From Spirochaetia bacterium (GTDB taxonomy: Bacteria > Spirochaetota > Spirochaetia > SZUA-6 > Bin103): a DNA stretch of 64,000 nt. The stretch is from positions 2,240,001 through 2,304,000 of the forward strand of contig CBDBDQ010000005.1 in assembly GCA_965203905.1 (NCBI GenBank), in the 5' to 3' direction. Positions 31,246 to 39,380 of this stretch are shown here, one piece after another (within the stretch, counting starts at the first letter, position 1; every line of letters starts with the position of its first letter). The position numbers and the translations under genes were made by a program. Below the pieces are notes generated by a model. It was not told the origin of the DNA, did not search any database, and was given only the letters and a program-made list of their open reading frames with translations.

Positions 31246-32702
31246 CGCGGTGCTGCCGCCGCCTGGCGGCAACGGTGCTGGTGCTGGTCGCGGCGGCCGC
31301 GTGGGCGCAGAGTGGCACGGACGGCGCCGCCGCCCAGGGTGAGGGCGAGGATCTCGATGCCCTGTTCGATGCCGAGATGATCGAGGACGAGTCGGTCAAC
31401 GGCGACGGCGAAGCCGCGGCGTCCGGTGCCGGAAGCGGCGACCTGGATGCGCTGTTCGACGCCGAGGTGGTGGAGAACGCCGTAACCGCCAGTGACGCGG
31501 GTGCGGGCCGGGCGCCCGAGGAAGCGTTGCTGACGCGTGCCGGCGTCGACTGGGGCGGTTCGTTCCGCTACGCGCCGGAGGTCGAGCTCGGCTTTGCCGA
31601 TTACGACGCGCTGGCGGCGGCACTGCGCGGCGAGGGAGCGGCCGAGCGCACGCTGCGCCACGACCTGGGCGCGGAGTTGTACTTCGACGCGCGCCCGAGC
31701 AGCGACTTCCGCGCCTTCGGCAAGGCCAGGGTGGACTACAGGTTGCCCGCGACCGGCGCTGGCGGCGAGTTCACGTTCACCCTATTCGAGTTGTTCGCCG
31801 ACTTCCACTGGGACGACCGGGTGTTCTTCCGCGCCGGCAAGCAGCGCGCCGACTGGGGTGTGGGCCGGTTCTTCAGTCCCGCCGACCTGATGAGCCTGGT
31901 GACCATCGATCCGCTGGATCCGGAGGCGCAGCGCGAGGGTCCGGTAGCGCTGAAGGTGCATGCCCCGCTCGGGGTGCACAACGCCTACCTGTACGTCGTC
32001 ACCGGCGACTTTCGCGATCCCCTGGACATCGCCGTCGGGGCCCGTGCCGAACTGCTGATCGGCGGCGTCGAGCTGGGCGCCGGCGGCCTGGTCCAGGCCA
32101 ACCTGGTGCCCAAGGCGATCGCCACCGCCACCGGTTCGCTGGGAGACTTCGATCTGTTCGCGGAACTGGTAATTCAGCAAGGCACCGAGCGCAACCTGAT
32201 CGAGCTGGATGGCGCCGGCAGGCTCAAGGTAACCAGCCGCGACGCGCGCGCCGACGAGTGGTTCCCGGCGGCCACCATCGGCGCCCTGTACTTCGCCGCC
32301 GAGCCCGGCATCGTGCTCGCCGCGCAGTACTACTACAACCCCCTCGGTTACCCGGACAGCTCCGCCCTGGAACCGGCGCGCGCCGCCCTGCGGCCCGGCG
32401 CAGCCGGCCCGCCCAGTGGGCTGCGCCCGGAAGTGGTGGACCTGCTGTTCTTCGGGCGCCACTACGCCGGCGCCAGCGCGGCCTGGAACGGCATTGCCGA
32501 TAGCGACCTCAGCGCCTCCGTGTTCTGGCTGGCCAATCTGAGTGACGGCTCCGGGATCGTACGGCCCTCGCTGACCTGGCGAGTGCTGGAATACGCCCGG
32601 CTTTCGCTCGGCGCCAGCCTGGGCTACGGCACCGGAGCCACCGAGTACGGCGAACGCGTCGCCTTCACCCTGGGCGCCGCCCTTGGCGTCGGCAGCTTCT
32701 GA
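31242..32702 (+). CDS. Hypothetical outer-membrane beta-barrel protein
   Basis: Signal peptide; duplicated acidic DLDALFDAE; FFRAGKQRADWGVGRFFSPAD; amphipathic strands; C-terminal F. Confidence 0.72.
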   Translation: MTRCCRRLAATVLVLVAAAAWAQSGTDGAAAQGEGEDLDALFDAEMIEDESVNGDGEAAASGAGSGDLDALFDAEVVENAVTASDAGAGRAPEEALLTRAGVDWGGSFRYAPEVELGFADYDALAAALRGEGAAERTLRHDLGAELYFDARPSSDFRAFGKARVDYRLPATGAGGEFTFTLFELFADFHWDDRVFFRAGKQRADWGVGRFFSPADLMSLVTIDPLDPEAQREGPVALKVHAPLGVHNAYLYVVTGDFRDPLDIAVGARAELLIGGVELGAGGLVQANLVPKAIATATGSLGDFDLFAELVIQQGTERNLIELDGAGRLKVTSRDARADEWFPAATIGALYFAAEPGIVLAAQYYYNPLGYPDSSALEPARAALRPGAAGPPSGLRPEVVDLLFFGRHYAGASAAWNGIADSDLSASVFWLANLSDGSGIVRPSLTWRVLEYARLSLGASLGYGTGATEYGERVAFTLGAALGVGSF

Positions 32703-32822
32703 TCACGGCGACCGGTCTGTCCTTCAGTGCCAACTACCGGTTGCCGATGCGCGCCCCGGTGCCCCATCTTAACCGCACCAACAGAACTCGGACGAAGAGT
32801 TTGGTTACCTGAGAGGAGCATA

Positions 32823-33323
32823 GTGTTTCACACCAAGACGACGGTCGCGGCGCTGGCCGCGGTTCTGGTACTCGTGGCGGCGCAGGCGGCGTTCGCCGAC
32901 AGCGGATCGTTCCGCGAGGTCAGAAGCTTTCACCACGAGTACATCACCGTGGACCAAGGCGACGAGAAGTTCACTGGAGGCATTCTGCGGGGGACGGTAA
33001 CCATCGTCGACAGCAGCGGCGGGCCGTTCGTCGTCGGCGCCAACCGCCCTTGCGACTGCCTGGTGTATTCGCGGAGTTCGGACGGCGGGATCGAGCTGGA
33101 CGCACCATGTACCTCCACCGACGCGGATGGTGACATCGTGTATTCTCGCGCCGTCCGTCGCCAGGGCGACGTAGCGGTCGGCGGTGGCGGCGCGGGCACG
33201 TGGCAGTTGCTGGGCGGAACCGGCAAGTACGCGGGCATTTCCGGCACCTGTTCCTACACCACCGAGTACCTGGAGGGTGCGCGGGTGGCCGTCGTCAGCG
33301 AGTGTACCTGGAGCAGATCGTAG
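32823..33323 (+). CDS. Hypothetical exported small beta-rich protein
   Basis: GAGGAG RBS; AFA signal peptide; GTWQLLGGTGKYAGISG motif of the kind seen in allene-oxide-cyclase/dirigent-like barrels; five Cys. Confidence 0.72.
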   Translation: MFHTKTTVAALAAVLVLVAAQAAFADSGSFREVRSFHHEYITVDQGDEKFTGGILRGTVTIVDSSGGPFVVGANRPCDCLVYSRSSDGGIELDAPCTSTDADGDIVYSRAVRRQGDVAVGGGGAGTWQLLGGTGKYAGISGTCSYTTEYLEGARVAVVSECTWSRS

Positions 33324-33338
33324 CGGCGAACCGCCGCG

Positions 33339-33377
33339 CGTAACGCTCGGTTAAGAAATCCTAACCGGGCGGTAATC
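33339..33377. promoter_or_regulatory. Candidate OmpR/PhoB-type response-regulator tandem boxes
   Basis: TAA cores at 33341, 33352, 33362 and 33373 (11/10/11-bp spacing) in GC-rich DNA just upstream of the PDZ gene. Confidence 0.4.
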
Positions 33378-33411
33378 GGCACGCAAAGCCCGCATGGGAC
33401 TCTCATGCTTC

Positions 33412-34215
33412 ATGAAGACCATGGTGCGAGCGGGCATTGCGGGTCTGCTGCTGGCGGTGGGGTTGCCGCTGGCGGCCGAAGAGCATGACGCGGGGATACT
33501 GGTAACCGCGGTAGATCCGGACGGGCCGGCGGCCGCCGCCGGCATCGAGCGCGGCGACCTGATCCTGAGCATCGACGGCCGGTCGGTTGCCAGCGAGCGC
33601 GATCTCGCGGCGGCGTTGGCGGCCACCGAGGAGTCGCAGGTCAACCTTGCCGTCAAGCACGGCGACGAGGTGCGGGATCAGATGGTCTCCATCGACCGCG
33701 TCTGGGGACGCCCGCGGCTCGGGGTGAGGGTCCTGGCCGCGCCGGGCCATGGTGAAACTGAACGCCGGGACCGGATACCCGAGGTGCGCAGGTTCCGCTT
33801 CGACCGGCTGCCGGGTATGCCCGGAGCGCTGGTGACGGAGGTCGTCGAGGATGGTCCGGCCGCTGCCGCCGGTCTGCAGCCCGGAGACTGGATCACCGCG
33901 ATCGGCGACGAAGCCCTCGGAGACTCCAACGAGCAGCTCGCAGAGATCATCGAGAGTTACCAACCCGGCGCCAGTGTCGACGTGGAATTCCAGCGTGACG
34001 GCGAAGCGATGACCGCCACCGTCACCCTCGGCGCGAACCCGGACACCGGCAGCGCGCTGCTCGGCGTACGCTACCGCGTCCTGCCGTTCTTCGGCCGCGG
34101 CGACCTGGAGGACCTGCGCAACCTGTTCGACATGCTGCAGGAGCGTCTCCAGCGCCTCCGGCCCGCGCAGCCGGAGCCCGAGTTGGAGGTGCCGGACTCC
34201 AACCAGGCCCTGTAG
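33412..34215 (+). CDS. Exported tandem-PDZ protein without protease domain
   Basis: Signal peptide; two copies of VTxVxxDGPAAAAG(I/L)xxGDxIxxI; no trypsin catalytic domain. Confidence 0.85.
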   Translation: MKTMVRAGIAGLLLAVGLPLAAEEHDAGILVTAVDPDGPAAAAGIERGDLILSIDGRSVASERDLAAALAATEESQVNLAVKHGDEVRDQMVSIDRVWGRPRLGVRVLAAPGHGETERRDRIPEVRRFRFDRLPGMPGALVTEVVEDGPAAAAGLQPGDWITAIGDEALGDSNEQLAEIIESYQPGASVDVEFQRDGEAMTATVTLGANPDTGSALLGVRYRVLPFFGRGDLEDLRNLFDMLQERLQRLRPAQPEPELEVPDSNQAL

Positions 34216-34221
34216 CGATTC

Positions 34222-34620
34222 CTACCGCGGCAGCGCGGCGCGGATGCGCGCGGCCTCGGCCGCCAGCGCCTCGTCACCGGGGAAGGGACTGACGCTCGCG
34301 AAGTCCATGTCGTGCATCCCGTCGATCGGGCTCACGTGGATGTGCACGTGCGCCACCTCCAGCCCGGCGATCAGCAATCCTACCTTGGTGGGCCGGTACG
34401 CCGCCTGCTGCGCGCGGGCAATGGTGCGCGCCACCCGCATCAGCGTCGCCAGCATCTCCTCGTCCAGGTCGATCCAGTGGTCCACCTCGGCCCGCGGTAC
34501 CACCAGCGTGTGACCGGGACGTAGCGGTTCCCGCGACAGGAAGGCGACACACTCATCCTCCCGCCACACGAAATGGGCCGGCAGTTCGCCGGCGATGATG
34601 CGGGTAAAGACGCTTGCCAT
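34222..34620 (-). CDS. HIT family nucleotide hydrolase
   Basis: MASVFTRIIAGELP, GHTLVVP, HVHIH triad. Confidence 0.95.
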   Translation of the reverse strand: MASVFTRIIAGELPAHFVWREDECVAFLSREPLRPGHTLVVPRAEVDHWIDLDEEMLATLMRVARTIARAQQAAYRPTKVGLLIAGLEVAHVHIHVSPIDGMHDMDFASVSPFPGDEALAAEAARIRAALPR

Positions 34621-34642
34621 GACGCCGGCAGTGTAAACCGCG

Positions 34643-35461
34643 TCAGCGGAACAGGTCTTTGTCGAGGGGGCGGGGGATCATGGCGGCGCTGTGCGATTCG
34701 GCCGGCTGCGCCGGGCCGCCGTCCGGCGGCGGCAGGCCCTGCACCAGCGCGGCCGGAATGCGCTCGGTCGATTCGCCCATCACCAGCACGGCGGCGCCGG
34801 CGATGGCGTCGGCGCGGTTGATCACGGTTGCCTGCAACTCGCGGCCGTACAGGTCGCGGCTGCCGCGGCGGTCGTCGAGCACGGTGAGGCCGGCGGCGCC
34901 GATCGCGATGCCCACCGTGCCGAGCCGCCAGGGCCGGTTGCTGCTGTCGCTGATCACCACGCCGATCCGCTTGCCGGCGCGGGCCGAGACGGCGTGGTGC
35001 AGCCGCGCGGCGGTGGCGTCCGGCGCCGTAGGCAGCAGCAGGGCGGTGGCGCATCCACCGTGATCGACGTTGGACTGGTCGATGCCGGCATTGGCGCACA
35101 CCAGGCCCAGCCGATTGCGGGTGATCAGCACACCGGGGGCCTTGCGCACCACCTCGGTGGACTGCTCCAGGATGAGCTGGACCAGCCGCGGATCCTTGCC
35201 GGTCTCGGCGCCGAGCCGGGCCGCGCGCGCCGATGGCTCGACGCGATCGAGAGGGACCAGGCGCCCCTCCGCCTTGGAGACGATCTTCTGCGTCACCACC
35301 AGCACGTCGCCGTCGGCCGGGGCCACGTCCGCCGTGGCCAGCGCCGCTACCAGAATCTCCGTGAGGTCATCGCCCGCCGCCACCAGCGGGATACCGCTCA
35401 GCCCGATGACGGTGAGGCGCCCCACCGGCGCGTGACCGGCCGGCGCCGCGCTCGCTCCCAT
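34643..35461 (-). CDS. cofE: Coenzyme F420-0:L-glutamate ligase
   Basis: GDVLVVTQKIVSKAEGR, CANAGIDQSNV, ISDSSNRPWRLG, DLYGRELQAT, DLFR end. Confidence 0.95.
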   Translation of the reverse strand: MGASAAPAGHAPVGRLTVIGLSGIPLVAAGDDLTEILVAALATADVAPADGDVLVVTQKIVSKAEGRLVPLDRVEPSARAARLGAETGKDPRLVQLILEQSTEVVRKAPGVLITRNRLGLVCANAGIDQSNVDHGGCATALLLPTAPDATAARLHHAVSARAGKRIGVVISDSSNRPWRLGTVGIAIGAAGLTVLDDRRGSRDLYGRELQATVINRADAIAGAAVLVMGESTERIPAALVQGLPPPDGGPAQPAESHSAAMIPRPLDKDLFR

Positions 35462-35467
35462 CGGGCG

Positions 35468-36169
35468 CTAGCCCTGGCCGACCAGCTTGATGCCGGCGTG
35501 GCTGAGGGTGTGACGCCGGTTGATCTGAATCAGCACGCTGGTGAGCGCCTCGGCCGCGGCTGCGTTCTCGATCGGGCCGGCGTGCCAGCCGGTCATGCCG
35601 GCGGCCCGCACCAACTCGATCACCCGGTCGCGCGCCGCCTTCTTGTTGCCGGATACCAGCACGTCGCACTCGATGGCGCCCTCCTGTTGCAGCAGGTCGG
35701 CGGCAACGTTCTGGAATGCCGACACCACCATTACCTCGTCGCCGAGGAACTGCTGGGCGCGCTTGCCGGCCGATCCCTCGGCGGGAAGCTGCACGGTGCC
35801 CACTCTGGGAGGCACCAGCGGAACCGTGACGTCGACCACGACCTTGCCGGTGAGGCTCGCTCGCACGCTGGCCAGGGTGGCGATCTGATGCGCCGCGGGC
35901 ACGGTCAGCACGACAATGTCGGCGGCCTGCGCGGCCGCCGCGTTGGTCGCCGCACGGGCGCTGGTCTCGGGATGGCGCCGGCGCAGATCGGTGAGCGCGG
36001 CCTCGGCCTTCGCCAACTCCCGCGAGCCGATCAGCACCGGGTAGCCGGCCCGCGACCAGCGCTGCGCCAGGCCGGTGCCCAGGTCGCCGGTGCCGCCGAG
36101 GATGGCGATGGTATGCCTGGGCCGAGAGTCCTTGGCGGCGGCCGCCGCCTGCGCTTCGCTGCGCATCAT
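35468..36169 (-). CDS. npdG: NADPH-dependent F420 reductase (Fno)
   Basis: ILGGTGDLGTGLA, IGSR, DVTVPLVPP, SAFQNVAA, EALTSVLIQINRRH..HAGIKLVG. Confidence 0.93.
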   Translation of the reverse strand: MMRSEAQAAAAAKDSRPRHTIAILGGTGDLGTGLAQRWSRAGYPVLIGSRELAKAEAALTDLRRRHPETSARAATNAAAAQAADIVVLTVPAAHQIATLASVRASLTGKVVVDVTVPLVPPRVGTVQLPAEGSAGKRAQQFLGDEVMVVSAFQNVAADLLQQEGAIECDVLVSGNKKAARDRVIELVRAAGMTGWHAGPIENAAAAEALTSVLIQINRRHTLSHAGIKLVGQG

Positions 36170-36639
36170 CCTGCTGCCAGCTCCGATCCCGCCACCAGGC
36201 GAACGCCGGCGCCCGGCACCGCGTGGTCGCACGTCGGACAGAAGTAGCCCACCCGGACCGGCGTCCCGCAGGCGTGGTGCACCAGCGCCCCGCGGTCCGA
36301 CAGATGCCGGCGCCCCCACACCGCGAGCGCGCCCGCCACCACGCCCAGCTCGTGCCCGCGCCGGGTCAGGGTGTACTCGGCGCGCGGTGGATGCTGGCTG
36401 TAGAACCGGCGCTCCACGATGCCATGCCGAACCAGCCGCTTGAGCCGCTGCGACAGGACGTTCGGGGCGATCCCGCATACCCTCCGCCGCAGCTCGGCGA
36501 AGCGCTGAAAGCCGCGCAGCAGCTCCAGCAGGATCAGCACCGTCCAGCGGTCGCCGACGATCTCCAGCGCCTGCGCCACCGGGGCCAGGCGTTCGTCGCC
36601 GGCCTGCAGGACGGGGTGGGGATTCCGGTGAGTTGACAT
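36166..36639 (-). CDS. HxlR-family winged-helix transcriptional regulator
   Basis: ALEIVGDRWTVLIL, GIAPNVLSQRLK, YSQHPPRAEYTLT; C-terminal HHACG..CPTC; stop overlaps npdG start. Confidence 0.92.
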   Translation of the reverse strand: MSTHRNPHPVLQAGDERLAPVAQALEIVGDRWTVLILLELLRGFQRFAELRRRVCGIAPNVLSQRLKRLVRHGIVERRFYSQHPPRAEYTLTRRGHELGVVAGALAVWGRRHLSDRGALVHHACGTPVRVGYFCPTCDHAVPGAGVRLVAGSELAAG

Positions 36640-36665
36640 TTGATACCTGGTTGCATCGTAATACC
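36631..36665. promoter_or_regulatory. Two tandem 17-bp operator-like boxes RGTTG-N7-ATACC in the divergent promoter region
   Basis: AGTTG-ACATTTG-ATACC (36631-36647) and GGTTG-CATCGTA-ATACC (36649-36665), overlapping TTGACA and the regulator start codon. Confidence 0.65.
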
Positions 36666-36703
36666 TGCGTCGCCGCACCGTCCAGGGCGGACACGGCCGC
36701 TCC

Positions 36704-37513
36704 ATGCACGCGTCAGTCTCGATCACCCGCGTCAGCAAGGTGTTTCCCGCACCGCCCACCGTCACGCCCGCCGGTGGGAGCCCGGCTCCCGGCCACACCG
36801 GGCTGGAGGTGCTGCGCGGGATCACCGCCGAGGTCCGTCCGGGGGAGTTCCTGTCGGTCCTGGGGCCGAGCGGGTGCGGCAAGACCACGCTGCTGAGGAT
36901 CGTCGGCGGGCTCGCCGAACCGACCGCCGGCACGGTCCGCATCGGCGGCCGGAGCAGCGCCGAGGCGCAGCGGCACAAGCTGCTCGGTTACGTGTTCCAG
37001 GAGCCCTCGCTGCTGCCCTGGCGTAGCGTGCTGGACAATGTGCGCCTGCCGCTGCTGGTCAATCGCGCGGTGCGGCGGCCCGATGCGCCCGCGCCCGCGG
37101 AGCTGCTCCACCTGGTGCGGCTGGCGGAGTTCGCCGACTACTACCCCGGCCAGCTGTCCCGCGGCATGCAGCAGCGGGTCGCCCTGGCGCGCGCGCTGGC
37201 GCTCGACCCGGAGCTACTGCTGATGGATGAGCCGTTCGCGTCGCTCGACGAGATCACCCGCGAGCAGATGCGCTTCGAGCTGCTGCGCATTTGGGATGCG
37301 GCACGCAAGACCGTGTTGTTCGTAACCCACAGCATCGCCGACGCGGTGCTGCTGTCCGACCGGGTGGCGGTGCTCTCGGCGCGTCCCGGCCGGCTGCGCG
37401 CCATGCTGCCGATCGAGCTGGAACGGCCGCGGGTGGCGGGCGTCGAGCGTTCGCCGGAGTTCACCGGCGCCTACCGCCGGGTGCACGACCTGGTGATGGC
37501 GGAGGCGGCCTGA
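36704..37513 (+). CDS. NitT/TauT-family ABC ATP-binding protein
   Basis: GPSGCGKT, VFQEPSLLPW, LLMDEPFASLD, FVTHS; signature variant LSRGM. Confidence 0.93.
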   Translation: MHASVSITRVSKVFPAPPTVTPAGGSPAPGHTGLEVLRGITAEVRPGEFLSVLGPSGCGKTTLLRIVGGLAEPTAGTVRIGGRSSAEAQRHKLLGYVFQEPSLLPWRSVLDNVRLPLLVNRAVRRPDAPAPAELLHLVRLAEFADYYPGQLSRGMQQRVALARALALDPELLLMDEPFASLDEITREQMRFELLRIWDAARKTVLFVTHSIADAVLLSDRVAVLSARPGRLRAMLPIELERPRVAGVERSPEFTGAYRRVHDLVMAEAA

Positions 37514-38301
37514 TGCGCACGGCGGCAACGCGGCCGTCGGCGCAGCCCGCGGCGGCGCTGCTGCCGACCGTGCTCAGCCTGGCGCTGGTTGCCGCGGTGT
37601 GGGAGGCGTGGATCGCGCTGGCCGGTACCCCGGTCTACCTGCTGCCCGCGCCCTCGGCCGTGGCGCTTCGCGTGGGCGCCGAGCCCGGCTACTTCCTAGG
37701 GCAGGGTGCGATCACGCTGGCGGAGGCGCTCGGCGGATTCCTGCTCGGGACCGGCGTGGCGCTGGCCGCCGCCACGCTGATGGCGCACTCGCTGGCCCTG
37801 GAACGTGCCCTGCTGCCGCTGGCGGTGCTGGTCAAGGTGACGCCGATCGTGGCCGTGGCGCCGCTGTTCGTGATCTGGTTCGGGTTCGGGGTGGTGCCCA
37901 AGGTGCTGATCGCGGCGCTGATCACCTTTTTTCCCGCGCTGGTGAATGGCGTGACCGGCCTGCGCGCGGTCAACCCGGGGGCGCTGGACTTTCTGCGCTC
38001 GGTGTCCGCTTCGCGGCGCGAGGTGTTCCTGACCCTGCGCGTGCCGAGCGCCATGCCCTACCTGTTCGCGGCGTTCCGGGTGTCGATCCCGCTGTCGGTG
38101 ATCGGCGCCGTGGTGGGGGAGTGGTTCAGCGCCGACCGCGGCCTGGGGGCGGTGATCATCGTCGCCCATGCAAATCTCGACACCCCGACCCTGTTCGGGG
38201 CGATCTTTACCCTGGCGGTCATGGGCATCGGCCTGAGCCTGGCCGTCTCGGCACTGGAACGGAGGATACTGTTTTGGCACGAATCGACCCTCATCGTGTG
38301 A
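37513..38301 (+). CDS. NitT/TauT-family ABC permease
   Basis: LPAPSAV, PIVAVAPLFVIWFGFG, LRVPSAMPYLF, IGAVVGEW. Confidence 0.93.
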   Translation: MRTAATRPSAQPAAALLPTVLSLALVAAVWEAWIALAGTPVYLLPAPSAVALRVGAEPGYFLGQGAITLAEALGGFLLGTGVALAAATLMAHSLALERALLPLAVLVKVTPIVAVAPLFVIWFGFGVVPKVLIAALITFFPALVNGVTGLRAVNPGALDFLRSVSASRREVFLTLRVPSAMPYLFAAFRVSIPLSVIGAVVGEWFSADRGLGAVIIVAHANLDTPTLFGAIFTLAVMGIGLSLAVSALERRILFWHESTLIV

Positions 38302-39332
38302 CCCGGCCGGGGCGGCACGCCGGACGGCTGTGGCCGGCGCTGCTGTTGTTGGTGGCGGCCGCCCACGCCGTGCATGCGGCCGGCGAAGTGGAGATAGCGC
38401 CGTTGCCGCGCAGCATGACCTTCATGGCGGGCTTCAAGCCGCAGGCGAACCTGCCGTTCGTGGCGGCCTACGTAGCGCAGGAGCGGGGCTACTTTGCCGA
38501 ACAGGGGCTGGACGTCACCATCCACCACTCTACCGGCCAGCATCTCCAGCTCCTCCTGTCCGGCGACGTCGACGTCACCACCGCCGCCGCCGGCGCGGTG
38601 CTGAAGCGGCGCGCCGATCCCGGCGTCCCGATCCGGGCCATCGCCCTGTTCGGGCAGCGCGGCCAGCAGACCTTCATCGCGCTCGCCGGTGCGGGCATCG
38701 ACAGTCCGCGCGACTGGGAGGGCAGGACGGTAGGCTACCGCATCAGCCTGCCGCCCGAGTACCTGGCCATCGTGGATGCCGCGGGCGTGGATCGCGAGCG
38801 GGTGCAGGAGGTGCGGGTGGGCTTCGACCCGCGCATCCTGGTGCAGGGCAAGGTGGACGTGCTGGCGGTGTTCAAGTCGAACGAGCCCGACACCATTCGC
38901 AAGCTCGGCTTCGACGTGGTGCAGTTCGATCCCGCCGCCTATGGCGTGCCGGCGCTGGGGCTGACCTACATCACGCGCGAGGAGCTGATCGCCGAGCAGC
39001 CCGAGCTGATCGCGCGCTTCCTGAAGGCCGCGCTGAAGGGGCTGGAGTACTCGTTCGCCCACCCCGAGGAGACGCTCGACATCGTGCTGCGCTACGCCGA
39101 CAAGGAGGATCGCGACCACATGCGGTTCATGCTGCAGGCGGAGCAGGCCGACGCCGTGTCGGCGGTTACCCGCAAGCACGGGCCGGGGTGGATGACGCGG
39201 CAGCAGTGGCAGGAGTTCCACGACCTCCTGGTACGCTATCAGGCGCTGGCCCGGGAGCTGGACGTGACGCAGGCGTTCACCACGCAGTTCCTGGAGGCGG
39301 CGTACCAGGACGGCCGCCTGGTGTGGCCGTGA
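38298..39332 (+). CDS. NMT1/THI5-like ABC substrate-binding protein
   Basis: Signal peptide; GFKPQANLPFVAAYVAQERGYFAEQGLDV; RFLKAALKGLEY..HPEE. Confidence 0.88.
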   Translation: MTRPGRHAGRLWPALLLLVAAAHAVHAAGEVEIAPLPRSMTFMAGFKPQANLPFVAAYVAQERGYFAEQGLDVTIHHSTGQHLQLLLSGDVDVTTAAAGAVLKRRADPGVPIRAIALFGQRGQQTFIALAGAGIDSPRDWEGRTVGYRISLPPEYLAIVDAAGVDRERVQEVRVGFDPRILVQGKVDVLAVFKSNEPDTIRKLGFDVVQFDPAAYGVPALGLTYITREELIAEQPELIARFLKAALKGLEYSFAHPEETLDIVLRYADKEDRDHMRFMLQAEQADAVSAVTRKHGPGWMTRQQWQEFHDLLVRYQALARELDVTQAFTTQFLEAAYQDGRLVWP

Positions 39333-39380
39333 CGAGGATGCCGAGCTCGCCGTAAGCTGGGCGACGGCGAGGATGGGAGC

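Noticed and set aside
36640-36703. FMN or TPP riboswitch upstream of the NMT1/THI5-type importer
   Set aside because: Spacer is only 64 bp and lacks the conserved aptamer sequences; protein operator boxes explain it better.
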